NCBI GenBank assembly: GCA_963735595.1
Contig: CAVTLK010000001.1
Location: 384,001-448,000, forward strand
Direction of reading: 5' to 3'
From: an uncultured delta proteobacterium
GTDB taxonomy: Bacteria > Desulfobacterota > Zymogenia > Zymogenales > Zymogenaceae
DNA length: 64,000 nucleotides
The position numbers and the translations under genes were made by a program. The first letter of the stretch is position 1; each line of letters starts with the position of its first letter. The notes under the pieces are model-generated. The model saw nothing but the letters and a program-made list of their open reading frames with translations. It searched no databases and was not told where the DNA came from. Below, in pieces: positions 40,007 through 50,883 of this stretch.

Positions 40007-41173
40007 TCACTTCTTGCCTTCTCCCCCATACAGCGTAATCTTCACGATCTCGGGGTGTGTGAAAACGCGTGCCGGCGGGCCCCAGGTGCCCAGGCCGCTC
40101 GACACGTAGCCCTGCATCAAACCGACACGATAATAGCCGTAGTCCACGAGGTAGACCATACGAGTGATCAGGTTGAGGGGGAACATCTGGCCGTGGTGGG
40201 AATGTCCCGACAGCATCAGGTCTATCCCGTAGCCCGAGTATTCCTTCATTCTGATGGGCGGGTGAAACATTAGGATCGTTGGGAGGTCCGGGTCACCCTG
40301 TTTCATAAGCCCCGGCACCGACGCCTCTTCTTTCTTGCCGAACCTGATGTCGGCGGGGTCGTCCAGCCCTATGAGGTTGAACAGGCCCGGCAGCGTCACC
40401 GCCTCGTCCCGGAGCACGCGTATTCCCGCCGACTTCATGAAGCTCTCCGCCTTCTCGTGGCCGGCGTAGAACTCGTGGTTGCCCAGCACCGCGTAGATCC
40501 CCCGCGGCGCCGTGAGCCGCGCCAGGATCTCGGGCATATGGTCCAGCCCCTCCACGCTCTCGTCCAGCAGGTCTCCCCCGATGAGGATCACGTCCGGCTT
40601 TTGTTCATTGATCGTGTTTACGAAGGCCGTAAGGCGCCGCTCGTGGATTATCAATCCCAGGTGCACGTCAGAGATATAGACGATCGTCGTGGGATTGTGC
40701 GCCTTTGAGAGAGTCGGTAGCGTTATCTCGAGCGGCTTTACCCGCAGAAAGAGGGTATTTACCCACCCGAGAAGGAGGATGAGCGCCACCAGCCCGATCG
40801 ATCCGAAAAAGACGGCCCGTCCAAAGAGAACCCGGTCCGCCGTGAGCCGTGTCGGGACGAAGGGGATAAACGACTGGATCAAACGCACGATGTCGGAGGC
40901 AAACGCGATCAGGAAGAAATAGAGCATCGCACCCATCCAGACCGACCCGACGATCGTCAGGACGTTGCACACCTGGCAGTAGGACGTATTCCTGAAAAAG
41001 ACGCTCACCGGGAACGCCAGGACGATCACGGCAAACAGGATCTTCAGGGAGATGACCCACCTCCCCTCCCCGGACAGCGCCGCAAACCCGCGAAAATAGA
41101 CGTAGGTATTGATCAGCGCATAGATCGAGATGGCGACGATCAGGAAGATAACGAAAGCCTTCGTGCTCTGCAT
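40007..41173 (-). CDS. Membrane-anchored metallophosphoesterase (YkuE/YaeI-like)
   Basis: Four N-terminal TM segments; SDVHLG, GGDL, GNHE, SGHSHHGQ, SSGLGTWGP. Confidence 0.9.
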   Translation of the reverse strand: MQSTKAFVIFLIVAISIYALINTYVYFRGFAALSGEGRWVISLKILFAVIVLAFPVSVFFRNTSYCQVCNVLTIVGSVWMGAMLYFFLIAFASDIVRLIQSFIPFVPTRLTADRVLFGRAVFFGSIGLVALILLLGWVNTLFLRVKPLEITLPTLSKAHNPTTIVYISDVHLGLIIHERRLTAFVNTINEQKPDVILIGGDLLDESVEGLDHMPEILARLTAPRGIYAVLGNHEFYAGHEKAESFMKSAGIRVLRDEAVTLPGLFNLIGLDDPADIRFGKKEEASVPGLMKQGDPDLPTILMFHPPIRMKEYSGYGIDLMLSGHSHHGQMFPLNLITRMVYLVDYGYYRVGLMQGYVSSGLGTWGPPARVFTHPEIVKITLYGGEGKK

Positions 41174-41313
41174 CGGCGGTTCCTGTTCATATACACAAAA
41201 AATATATTATACTATACTCTTGTCGGCACCGTAATCAAAAACGACCGGCGCGGGAACAAAACGCCCCCGTTCCTGTCAATACCCGTTAGAAACCGATTTA
41301 CAGGAGCAGCTAC

Positions 41314-43437
41314 ATGAACATACGACGCTTCCTTTTTGCGGCCCTGGCCCTTCCCCTGGCATTACTCGTCGCGCCGGGGCTGTCGATGGCCGACGGGATT
41401 ATCATAATCGACCCGCCGCCGCATCCCCCCAAACCGATCGTACCCCTCGAGGTGAAGTACCACAAGGTAACCGTTGAGATTGAGAACCAGGTCTCCACCA
41501 CCCACATCGACGAGGTCTTCGTCAACCCGAACGACATGGACCTGGAGGGGACATTCATTTTCCCCCTGCCTGAGCGTGCCTCGTTTTCCGACCTTGACAT
41601 GTATATCGACGGAAAGAAGGTCGAGGGGAAGATACTGGACGCCACGGAAGCCCGAAAGACCTACGAGGATATCGTCAGGCGGCTCAAAGACCCGGCCCTT
41701 CTCGAATACGTGAACCGCAACACCTTCAAGCTCCGGGTCTACCCGATTCCCGCCCACGGTGAGAAGCGCGTCGAGATAACCTACACTGAGACCCTCACGT
41801 ACGATTTTTCGACCGTCAGGTACGTGTACCCCCTCAATACGGAGAAGTTCTCGTCGGCCCCCCTGCACGAGGTCTCCCTGGACGTCTTGATCAAGTCGTC
41901 TGCTCCCGTGACCACCGTCTACTCTCCGTCCCACGAGATAGACATCGCCCGTAAGGGAGACCGGGAGGTTAGGCTTTCCTACGAGGATAAAAACGTGCTG
42001 CCCGACCGGGACTTCGTCCTCTACTACACCCTCTCCGATAAGGAGGTGGGCCTCTCCCTGATCACCTACAAAGACCGCCGCGGCCCCGGGTATTTCATGC
42101 TCCTCATTTCCCCCCAGCAGGATATCGACCCGTCGGACGTTGTCCCCAAAGACGTGACGTTCGTGCTGGATACGTCAGGCAGCATGAAGGGGGAAAAGCT
42201 CGTCCAGGCCAAAGACGCCCTGAAATACTGTATCGGGGCCCTCAACACCCGTGACCGCTTTAATATCGTCCGCTTTTCCACCGACACGGAAAAGTTCCGC
42301 TCGGGGCCGGTCTCTCCCGACCGGGCCAACCGGGACGCCGCGTTTGACTTTATCGACGGCTTAGTGGCCCGTGGCGGAACGAACATAAACGACTCATTGA
42401 CCGAGGCGCTGGCCGGCACCCCGGACAGGAATCGTCCCCGCATCGTCGTCTTTATCACCGACGGCGATCCGACCGTCGGGATTACCGACATCGGCTCCAT
42501 CATCAAAAACGTCGCCGCAGCAAACCGAGCGAAGGCCCGGATATTCGTCTTCGGCGTCGGGGAGGATATCAACACGCACCTCCTGGACCGGATATCCTCG
42601 GGCAACCATGGGACGTCGGAATACGTCACGCCGACCGAGAATATCGAATCCGTCGTTTCGGGCTTTTTTACCAAGATCAACGACCCAGCGATGACCAACC
42701 TCGTGTTGAAGTCGAGCCGCGTAAAGCTCAGGGACTACTACCCGGTAACGCTGCCCGACCTCTTTGCAGGCTCCCAGGTCACCGTGGTCGGAACGTACGA
42801 GGGATCCGGGCCCTCTACCATCACCCTTTCAGGGACTACGGGGACACGCGAAACAGTATTTGAATATCCGGTCAACTTCTCCGAGCGCGACGCGAAGAGC
42901 GATTTTCTCCCCCGCGTATGGGCCAACCGGAAGGTGGCCTACCTCCTTGACGAGATCAGGCTGAACGGAGAAAACAAGGAGCTGGTCGACGAGATCAAGG
43001 ACCTGGGCATGACCTTCGGCATCGTAACGCCCTATACGAGCTTCCTGGTGCTGGAAGACAGGGAACAGGGGTTTGAGGCCCCGTCACCGGCGGCCCGGGA
43101 TGACCTCGATATGATGTCGGGAAGCGGGATGCTCAAGGAAGAGCGGGGCGGATTTGCCATGAAGTCATCTGAGGCGGTGAGGGACATGAAGGAAAAGACG
43201 TTCGTGGATACCCCCAAGCTGATGAGCATCAAGCAGGTGGGCGACCGGACGTTCCTGCTGCGCGACAAGACATGGATCGACTCCGCGTACACCGAAGGTA
43301 CACGAACGACCGATCTCTCGTTTGATTCCGACGCATACTGGAAGCTCATCGGCGACCATCCGGATATCGGGAAATTCCTGGCCCTCGGCAACAGCGTGAT
43401 CTTCACCTATGACAGCGTATGGTACCGGGTGAAGTAG
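41314..43437 (+). CDS. Secreted VIT plus vWA domain protein (inter-alpha-trypsin inhibitor-like)
   Basis: Signal peptide; EGTFIFPLP..DPALLEY (VIT); DTSGSM, GGTNI, FITDG; IVTPYTSFLVLE. Confidence 0.9.
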   Translation: MNIRRFLFAALALPLALLVAPGLSMADGIIIIDPPPHPPKPIVPLEVKYHKVTVEIENQVSTTHIDEVFVNPNDMDLEGTFIFPLPERASFSDLDMYIDGKKVEGKILDATEARKTYEDIVRRLKDPALLEYVNRNTFKLRVYPIPAHGEKRVEITYTETLTYDFSTVRYVYPLNTEKFSSAPLHEVSLDVLIKSSAPVTTVYSPSHEIDIARKGDREVRLSYEDKNVLPDRDFVLYYTLSDKEVGLSLITYKDRRGPGYFMLLISPQQDIDPSDVVPKDVTFVLDTSGSMKGEKLVQAKDALKYCIGALNTRDRFNIVRFSTDTEKFRSGPVSPDRANRDAAFDFIDGLVARGGTNINDSLTEALAGTPDRNRPRIVVFITDGDPTVGITDIGSIIKNVAAANRAKARIFVFGVGEDINTHLLDRISSGNHGTSEYVTPTENIESVVSGFFTKINDPAMTNLVLKSSRVKLRDYYPVTLPDLFAGSQVTVVGTYEGSGPSTITLSGTTGTRETVFEYPVNFSERDAKSDFLPRVWANRKVAYLLDEIRLNGENKELVDEIKDLGMTFGIVTPYTSFLVLEDREQGFEAPSPAARDDLDMMSGSGMLKEERGGFAMKSSEAVRDMKEKTFVDTPKLMSIKQVGDRTFLLRDKTWIDSAYTEGTRTTDLSFDSDAYWKLIGDHPDIGKFLALGNSVIFTYDSVWYRVK

Positions 43438-43451
43438 AATCGCACATCACG

Positions 43452-43486
43452 AAAAAGGCCGGGCTTCGCTTGCCCGGCCTTTTTTT
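43452..43486. terminator. Bidirectional intrinsic terminator
   Basis: A5-GGCCGGGC..GCCCGGCC-T7 between convergent genes. Confidence 0.85.
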
Positions 43487-43502
43487 GTCTCGCAATATCG
43501 AG

Positions 43503-43940
43503 CTATCGCATCATGAAGACGACCTTTTTCAAAATGCGGTAGATTTCCTCTTTTTCCGGAATCGGCAGCTCTTTTAGCTCCTCGAAGAGCTTCGTGCGGC
43601 ATCCCAACGGCACCGCCTTGATGATCTGCTCTCCCCTGGTTGTCAGGGAAACAATAACCCGGCGGGAGTCGGCGGGGTCCTTCGTTTTCAGCAGGAATCC
43701 CTTGGTACTCAGCCGGTTGGCATACCCCTCGACGGTGGTGATATGAAGCCGCGTGAGCGTGGCAAGCTCGCCGAGGGAAGTTTCCGGGTTCTCCCTGACC
43801 GCCCGCAGGATTTCCAGCTGCGGGGCGGTTACAGAGTAGCCGTCTTCCAGCAGTTTCCTTGTGTACGATTTCTCGATGGCGTCAAAATCGTCCAGAAGCC
43901 GGGAAATCAGATAGTAGACGTTCTCTTCACTGATATCCAT
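43503..43940 (-). CDS. MarR-family regulator
   Basis: TAPQLEIL..LGELA..DPADSRRVIVSLTTRG. Confidence 0.9.
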   Translation of the reverse strand: MDISEENVYYLISRLLDDFDAIEKSYTRKLLEDGYSVTAPQLEILRAVRENPETSLGELATLTRLHITTVEGYANRLSTKGFLLKTKDPADSRRVIVSLTTRGEQIIKAVPLGCRTKLFEELKELPIPEKEEIYRILKKVVFMMR

Positions 43941-44037
43941 GGTTTATCACGTTCGTCGCTGTCCGCACCGGTCGATAGCTATACATAAAATGAGACCGCC
44001 GTGCGACTAATGGGTGTTCATTCTCGGGCAAAACGCC

Positions 44038-44523
44038 TTACAGCTGTTTGATATACTCCATCAGATCGACCATTTCCTGTCGAGGCACGTCAAATCGCGG
44101 CATCTCGTTAGAAAGCGCCGTGCCGCCGGGGCGCTCACCCCATTTGACCAATCCGGTAAATTTCTCGACCGACGTCTCAACGATCGGCCCTTTGACGGAC
44201 CGCCTGATATTCGGCGGTACAGTGGTCAGCCCCTTAACCGGTTCTCCACCGCGGCCGTTTTGCCCGTGGCATACCGCACACCCCCCGCCCTCTGTCACGT
44301 ACCAGCTCGGCCCACCCGATATCGGGATCATTGTGCCGGCGAGATCCATCCCCTTCTCGTAGATCGACCCGCCGTTGACGAGATCGGGCTCCCCTCCCCT
44401 TGGGTCCAGCGCATTTCGTGCCTCCCTGTTGATACCACACATCTGGATAGAAAGATAGGCAAGCATCCCAATGAGAATTACGAGCAGTACAACGAGATAG
44501 ACCATAAGTCTTCGGGATTCCAT
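44038..44523 (-). CDS. Membrane-anchored monoheme cytochrome c
   Basis: N-terminal TM, CAVCHG, distal MPRF. Confidence 0.85.
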   Translation of the reverse strand: MESRRLMVYLVVLLVILIGMLAYLSIQMCGINREARNALDPRGGEPDLVNGGSIYEKGMDLAGTMIPISGGPSWYVTEGGGCAVCHGQNGRGGEPVKGLTTVPPNIRRSVKGPIVETSVEKFTGLVKWGERPGGTALSNEMPRFDVPRQEMVDLMEYIKQL

Positions 44524-44525
44524 GT

Positions 44526-45335
44526 TCAGGGCTCCTCGACCAAAAACGTCCGTTGCACGATTTCAAGGAGGACCGGGTGTATCCTTACCGGCGCCGCAAT
44601 GACGCCGCCGCCGTTCAGGTAGTTATCCGTGCTGGAAAAATCCGTCACGATCCCCCCCGCCTCGGTTACAATCAGCGATCCAGCCGCCATATCCCATATC
44701 GAGAGCTTCGGCTCCCAGAAACCGTCGGCCCGGCCCGCCGCCGTATAACAGAAATCCAGCGCCGCCGACCCGAGGCGCCTGATCCCCGCGCAAATACCGA
44801 ATATTTCTCTGAAGCCCGCCAGGTACGGTTCCAGTTGACGCCGGACCTGGTGAGGAAAGCCGGTTATGACAATCGATCGCGAAAGCTCGGACACGCCATT
44901 GACCCGTATCGGACGGTCGTTGAGGAAGGCGCCGCCGCCCTTGACCGCCGAAAACAGCTCGTTTCTCGTCGGGTCAAAGACGACCCCGACCTCCACGGCA
45001 CCGTTACGCATGTAGGCAATCGAGACCGAAAAAATGGGCAGAGATGACATGTAGTTTATCGTGCCGTCCAGCGGATCGACCACCCAGAGGGACTCCTTGC
45101 TGCCGGACAGGAGACCGCCCTCCTCCGCCAGAAACGAGTGATCGGGATGCCGCGAAAGGACAATCCCGCGTATCGTATCTTCCGAGTCCCGATCGACCTG
45201 GGTCACATAGTCCATTTCTCCTTTTCCCGTAATACCGCCCGGCCGTCCGGCATTCATACGGGAAACAAGGAGATTTCCGGCCTCCCGCGCCGCGTAAACG
45301 GCGGTCTCAAGGATATTCTTCGTATCAATCGCCAT
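44526..45335 (-). CDS. suhB: Inositol monophosphatase-family protein
   Basis: VTQVD, AEEG, WVVDPLDGTINY, RRLGSAALD, WDMAAG. Confidence 0.9.
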   Translation of the reverse strand: MAIDTKNILETAVYAAREAGNLLVSRMNAGRPGGITGKGEMDYVTQVDRDSEDTIRGIVLSRHPDHSFLAEEGGLLSGSKESLWVVDPLDGTINYMSSLPIFSVSIAYMRNGAVEVGVVFDPTRNELFSAVKGGGAFLNDRPIRVNGVSELSRSIVITGFPHQVRRQLEPYLAGFREIFGICAGIRRLGSAALDFCYTAAGRADGFWEPKLSIWDMAAGSLIVTEAGGIVTDFSSTDNYLNGGGVIAAPVRIHPVLLEIVQRTFLVEEP

Positions 45336-45449
45336 ACTCTCGTCCAAATGTCTCTCTTATCCTACCATAGTATCGGTTCGGAGCAAAGCACGATTCTTTT
45401 TCTTGTAATTGACCGCGTGTACGGTATAATACGCACGAGGAGGTATTCC

Positions 45450-45746
45450 ATGAAAAAGATCATCGATCATATCGACGAGAAGACTGCTGCTGTCCTCGCG
45501 GGCCTGAAAGAGGAATTTACCGCCGCGGATTACGTCGCGGCGTTTCGCGAAAAATATGCGTCGGACTGGAAGCGGCTGGAAGAGCGGCTCTCCGCCGATG
45601 AGAAGAGCGCCGCGTTCAGCGAATGGAAACGGGGGCCGATGCCGACCCCCGAAAAATATCTTGCCAATGCCCTCAAGGATTTCGCAAAGAAAAACGAAAA
45701 GTCCCTCCACAAGGTTTCAAACGACCATTTCAAGAAGAAATCGTAA
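45450..45746 (+). CDS. Hypothetical protein (98 aa)
   Basis: GGAGG RBS before ATG 45450; charged, helical composition. Confidence 0.65.
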   Translation: MKKIIDHIDEKTAAVLAGLKEEFTAADYVAAFREKYASDWKRLEERLSADEKSAAFSEWKRGPMPTPEKYLANALKDFAKKNEKSLHKVSNDHFKKKS

Positions 45747-45790
45747 CGCCGGCCGCCCAACCGTAAGGACATCGCTACCCGTGTTTGTCC

Positions 45791-46974
45791 CTACACGATA
45801 ATTCCGTTGCCGCGAAGCCGCTCTATTTCTTCCTGAGACATGCCGATCATCGAGAGGATCTCGTCGTTATGCTGGCCCATGATCGGCGGCGGCGCGATAT
45901 CCGTCGCCTTGGTCTCGGAAAACTTGATCGGCACCCCGATCGCCTTGAGGATGCCCTCGGTCGGATGATCCATCTGGACGATCATCCCGCGGGCGATCGC
46001 GTGAGGATCGTGCTCAACCTCCTCGATCGAAAGCACCGCGTCGCACATGGACTCCTCCCCGCGGAGAAGGTCCACCCATTCCTGCATCGTCCTGCTTGCG
46101 AAAAGTCCGGCGACCTCCCCGCGGAGCTGCTCATATTCCTTCCCGGTAACGAACTGCTTGTCGGTCCATTCAGGCTTTTCAACCAGCTCGCAGAAACGCT
46201 TCCAGAACTTGAACTCTAACGCGCCCATCGTTATATATCGATCGTCTTTTGTGCGGTATATGTCATAGCATACCAGCGCACCCGGAGAGAAAGGTATTAC
46301 CGCGGTCAGGCAGCCCGCCCCCCGCCTTGTAGTTGGCAAAGATCATCCCCATAAACGGGAGGATCCCGTCGAACATCGAGACGTCTACGTCCTGGCCCTT
46401 GCCGGTGCTCGTGCGCGCGACGAGGGCCGAAAGTACGCCGATGACCGACATCAGCCCTCCACCCGGCCACGTCGGCTACCTGGATGCCCGGAACGACGGG
46501 GGCCCCGTTTTTCGGGCCAATGATGTCGGTGATTCCGGCAAGCCCCATATAGTTGAGGTCGTGACCGGGGAGATCGGCGTAGGGACCGGTCTGTCCGAAT
46601 CCGGTTATGGAGCAGTAGATGACGCGCGGATTGACCTTCTTGGCCTTTTCGTACCCCAGTCCCATCTTCGCGAGGACCCCGGGACGGTACTGCTCGACGA
46701 CGACGTCCGATTTTTCGACGAGCCGAAAGAAGATCTCCTTTCCCCTGTCCGACCGCAGGTCAAGCGCTAAGCTCTTCTTGTTGCGGTTGACCGCGATGTA
46801 GCCCGCGCCTTCCTTGTTGAAGGTCGGCGGGAAAAACCGAATGTAGTCGGGAGAGTTCTTGTCCTCTACCTTGATGACCTCCGCGCCGAGGTCACCCAGA
46901 AGCTGTGTCCCGAATGGACCGGGATACAGCCTGGTGAGATCGATAATCCGTACGCCTGAAAGCGGCCCAGCCAT
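45791..46974 (-). CDS. CaiB/BaiF family III CoA-transferase; two frameshifts
   Basis: DLGAEVIKVE, NRNKKS, ITGFGQTGP, GHDLNY, DVSMFD, YRTKD, PPIMGQHNDEIL. Confidence 0.88.
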
Positions 46975-46983
46975 CTGTGCCTC

Positions 46984-47700
46984 CTATTGGGTGATGAGGT
47001 TTTCTCGTATACGACCGATTTGATCCGAAGGAATGCCGAGTATCTTCGTAGTATAGTAATCCATTCCACCGTATTCGTCAAAATACCGCACGATGATCTC
47101 ACCCCACTCCCGCTTGAGCAAGGCATGGTGCTCGTTGGAAAGCAGGTAATCAGAAACGACATCGGGGCCCGACACGCCCAGCGTAAGCAGGATTAACTGT
47201 GCGGCGACATCGACCTCGTTGACACCGTCCTCGTCAAAGATGACCATCGGCAGGTTCCCTTTATCGGCAAGGAGCGACAGCAGGCCGATGAGGCTCTCCC
47301 TGCTGTTGACGATCATCCGTTTGTAGTAGTCATTCCTATCCTTGAGGGGGTCTGCCCGCATCGGAAGCCGCCTCACCTCAATGGCGCCGCCGGAAAGCTC
47401 CTCGATGCGGGAGGGATCACCCCCCTCTACCCTCAGGTCAACGACGGTCACGATACCCAGCCGCTTAAGGTCCTCGGCACCTTCTTTCGAGATTTTCGAA
47501 AGGTCGTCTGAGCGGAAGAGGACGCCGCTCTTCACGATACCATCGGCCGCCGGGTATCCCCCCATATCACGGAAGGTGGGAATCCCGTTTCACCTCGATC
47601 CATCTTCCATCCTGCGCCGCGGCCGGGTATACCGGGACTATAAATAGTATCAAGGCGACCAACAGCGTTCCTAAAAGAAGCGGGACGGATAGGCCTGCGG
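46984..47700 (-). CDS. Tyrosine-phosphatase-fold protein (PtpB/LipA-like), catalytic motif degenerate; 5' end unresolved
   Basis: FRDMGGY, LFRSD, LGIVTVVDLR, LGV..DYLLSN; IFDEDGVNE where HCxxGKDRTG is expected. Confidence 0.7.
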
Positions 47701-47746
47701 CTCCCGTATCCCACCGGCGGTTTTATTGAAGAGATAGTCCTGACCG

Positions 47747-48888
47747 TTACCATTGTAGAGTTCTCCTTGACGATTCGCTTGAGCGCATCTTGTTTTTGTT
47801 CCATTTCCGCCAGGAGCCGAAACTGGGTCCGCGCCCGGTCAAGGTTATGATCGGGCCTGTCGGTCCTGAAATAGACGTCTCCCGACAGATAGTCCGTCAG
47901 GAATCTCACTCCCGTCTCCAACGTAATGACCAGGCATGCCGTTACCAGGAGCTCGCGCTCCGATTGTGAGAGCGATAGCCCCCTTCCGCCGCGATCGCCC
48001 CAAAAAACCGTTCGCGATCGCCTCGAAGATCTCCAGATCGACGTGAACGGCGTCCAGATTTGTTTCGTCTTCCGGGCTGCGGCAGACGGAGCTTCTCACC
48101 AGATCGCCGAAGTCAAAGAGCGGCGATCCCGGCATGACCGTGTCCAGATCGATAACGCACAGTGCCCGCGGATTCCCGGCCCGATTATCGGTGAAGACGA
48201 CGTTATTTATCTTCGTATCGTTGTGGGCTATCCTCAACGGGATATCGACCCCTGTTGAGGGGACCGGTGATTCCGCCGCACCGGTCCTCCCGGCCGAACG
48301 CCGAATCGATCTCCCGGGCAGCATCGTGCGCCCTCCCGCGTGGGTCACCGGTAACGGCCTCACGCAGCCGAAGAAAACGGGCGGGAGTATTATGGAAATC
48401 CTCGATGGTGACGTGGAAGCTATCCGCTTCCATTTCCTTGAGATGATCGGCAAAGCGCCGAAAGCGCCGGCCGCCTCCCGCGCAACCAATAATCCTGTCC
48501 TGCCATCCGGCACCCGGCTGTACGTGATTCCTTCGACGTAATGATAGCATCGCCAATACGCCCCATCGTTGTCCCGATGGTATGAGTCCCCTCTTCTGGT
48601 CGGCACGAGCATGAGCGCCGGAACGTCTCTACTAACCGCCTTTCCCCCGGTCCTTTGCCCGATCGCCCCGGTGATCAGCCCGATATTGTGCATGATAAGA
48701 TCCGGACGGGTGAAAACCGCGCCGTTGATACGCTGCAGGGTGTATCGTTTACTCCCTGCACCTGCCCTGATCGCGGCAATAAAGGTGTCGTTGATATGCC
48801 CGGCCTTACACGGGCTGACGTCGGCGACGTCGCCGCCGAGATCGAACCGGTCCAGGATAGTATGGAGCTGCTGGATCGTTTGATTCAT
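47747..48888 (-). CDS. N-acetylhexosamine 1-kinase-like / APH-family phosphotransferase; several frameshifts, 3' end approximate
   Basis: GHINDTF, LQRIN, HNDTKINN, VIDLDTVMPG..DFGDLVRS, RFLTDYL.GD.YF. Confidence 0.85.
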
Positions 48889-49778
48889 CCGGTAAGCTGC
48901 TGAGGATATATCCCTGCCGCTATCATCCGGGATATCTCGGCCGTTACCACCTGCCTGTCCTCGGGATGGGTCATACCGAACCACCGGTCGGCCGTATTGA
49001 TCACCTTAACCCGGATAATCCCCTTGGTGATAAGGGTCTTGACTACCTCCGGGATCAGGAACTCGGCCTTCGGATCGTCTTTAACGCTGTCACGAAACGA
49101 CCGGTAGAGGCCTTCCAAGTGCTCAAAGAGACTCGGCGAGAAGCCCCAGATGTTCATGGAGATGAACGATTCGGGGCTCAGCTCAGCGAACCGGTTGTCT
49201 CGATCCGTCCCGATGCGCCCGTCCCTGATCTCGATACCGCTCGTTTCTGCGATATCGGTGAGCCAGCCGTTGGAAACCGCGCAGACGCCCCTGGTTACCG
49301 CCCCGTGCGGGCTCACGGTGTTTTTAAGGCGATATCCGATCATGGCGAAGTTCTTATCGTTATAGTCGTCGGAGACCAGAAACGAATGGAGCGACTCAAT
49401 AGCGTTCCTGCCGTAGTAGTCGTCGGCATTCACGACGCCGAAGGGAACTTCGATATAGTCCCTCGTTGCCAGAACCGCGTGTCCCGTCCCCCAGGGCTTT
49501 TTTCGACCGTTCGGAAGGTCGGTCAAGTCCTGGTGTGCGTAGGCAGGGGTGAGTCCGGCGGGCATATGGCGGCCGATTCGATCGACGAACTCCGACTCGA
49601 AGTCCTTCCTGATGACGAATACCACCCGTGAGAATCCCGCGCGGGCTGCGTCATACAGGGTGTAATGAATCAGCAGCTCCCCGTTCGGCCCCACGGGGTC
49701 AAGCTGCTTGAGGCCGCCGTATCGGGTCCCCATTCCCGCCGCCATGATTACGATTGCCGTCTGGACGTCCTTGTTCAT
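48885..49778 (-). CDS. Sugar-1-phosphate nucleotidyltransferase
   Basis: MAAGMGTRYGGLKQ, KPWGTGHA, NADDYYG, SMNIWGF, WFGMT; ATGA overlap with the kinase. Confidence 0.9.
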   Translation of the reverse strand: MNKDVQTAIVIMAAGMGTRYGGLKQLDPVGPNGELLIHYTLYDAARAGFSRVVFVIRKDFESEFVDRIGRHMPAGLTPAYAHQDLTDLPNGRKKPWGTGHAVLATRDYIEVPFGVVNADDYYGRNAIESLHSFLVSDDYNDKNFAMIGYRLKNTVSPHGAVTRGVCAVSNGWLTDIAETSGIEIRDGRIGTDRDNRFAELSPESFISMNIWGFSPSLFEHLEGLYRSFRDSVKDDPKAEFLIPEVVKTLITKGIIRVKVINTADRWFGMTHPEDRQVVTAEISRMIAAGIYPQQLTG

Positions 49779-49845
49779 ATTTCATACACCGTATAGTAAG
49801 CTATCTATATAACCCAACCCGCCTTTGGAGGTCAAGGGGAATCCA

Positions 49846-50715
49846 TTATTTGAGGAACAATCCCACGGCAGCCGCTATTATTATCACCGTTATGATTCGC
49901 ATCAGAGCCACCTGGTTTATCGTATGGACTTTAGCGGCCGCCCACCTGGCGGCAAACGACCCGGACAGGGCCATGATGCCGCCGGCAACGTAATTCACGT
50001 ATCCTACGGAATGCGGAATATGTTCCGAAGCCGAGAGGCCCGCAATCGTCTGAACAATCACGCCCACGATGGTACAGACGGTCATGAGGCACGTGGAGTA
50101 GCAGATGGCCTCGATCATCGTAAAACGGACGAGGATTATCCCGATGGGAATCGTTATTGCTCCGCCGCCTATCCCGAAGAAGGTCGCCACGAATCCCGAG
50201 AAAAACCCGATAACACCACAGAAGAACATTCTCTTCGGTGGATACTGTCGCTCGTCGATCGGGCACTCTATTGTACCCTCCGGTTTCGAGTCTTTCAGAT
50301 CGCCGCTCTTGCCCGAGCGAGCGGTGCGCATGAACCGCAGAGCCGTCACAATCAGGAACGTGCCGAGGAGCTTCTTGAAGAGGGGACTTGCCGTCATTGC
50401 GGACATCGTACCCCCCGCAACCGCGCCTAGGATTCCCGAGATCACCATGATGACAAGGATACGGTGATTGATAATGTCTTTTTTTAGATGAACCAGTGAG
50501 CTTGACGCGGCATTGAAGATGATAACGAAGAGGCTTGTTCCCACCGCCGTGTGTACGGAGGCGTTTTCGGGATAGCCGAGGAGCGCAAAGACATAGATGA
50601 GGATTGGTACGGTGATAACGCCTCCCCCTCCCCCCAGAAAACCGGTACTCATACCGGCGGCGACGCCGACAACCAGGTAGAGGGCGAGCAGGCCCAGGAA
50701 AGCAATGTCAAGCAT
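49846..50715 (-). CDS. TauE/SafE (TSUP) family membrane protein
   Basis: GFLGGGGGVITVP, AVGTSL, FGIGGG. Confidence 0.88.
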   Translation of the reverse strand: MLDIAFLGLLALYLVVGVAAGMSTGFLGGGGGVITVPILIYVFALLGYPENASVHTAVGTSLFVIIFNAASSSLVHLKKDIINHRILVIMVISGILGAVAGGTMSAMTASPLFKKLLGTFLIVTALRFMRTARSGKSGDLKDSKPEGTIECPIDERQYPPKRMFFCGVIGFFSGFVATFFGIGGGAITIPIGIILVRFTMIEAICYSTCLMTVCTIVGVIVQTIAGLSASEHIPHSVGYVNYVAGGIMALSGSFAARWAAAKVHTINQVALMRIITVIIIAAAVGLFLK

Positions 50716-50883
50716 GATATGTGGATATGTATTGGAACGGCCACAGAATCCTGCGGCCGCTCTCGCGTATAGAAACCCCCGCATCGGACAGACAACGGTT
50801 ATCCCGCACGACGTCCGGTTCTCAATGCACCGGACTATGGGCCCGCCGACGCGGGCCTAAGACCGCCTTCCGCCCGATACGCG

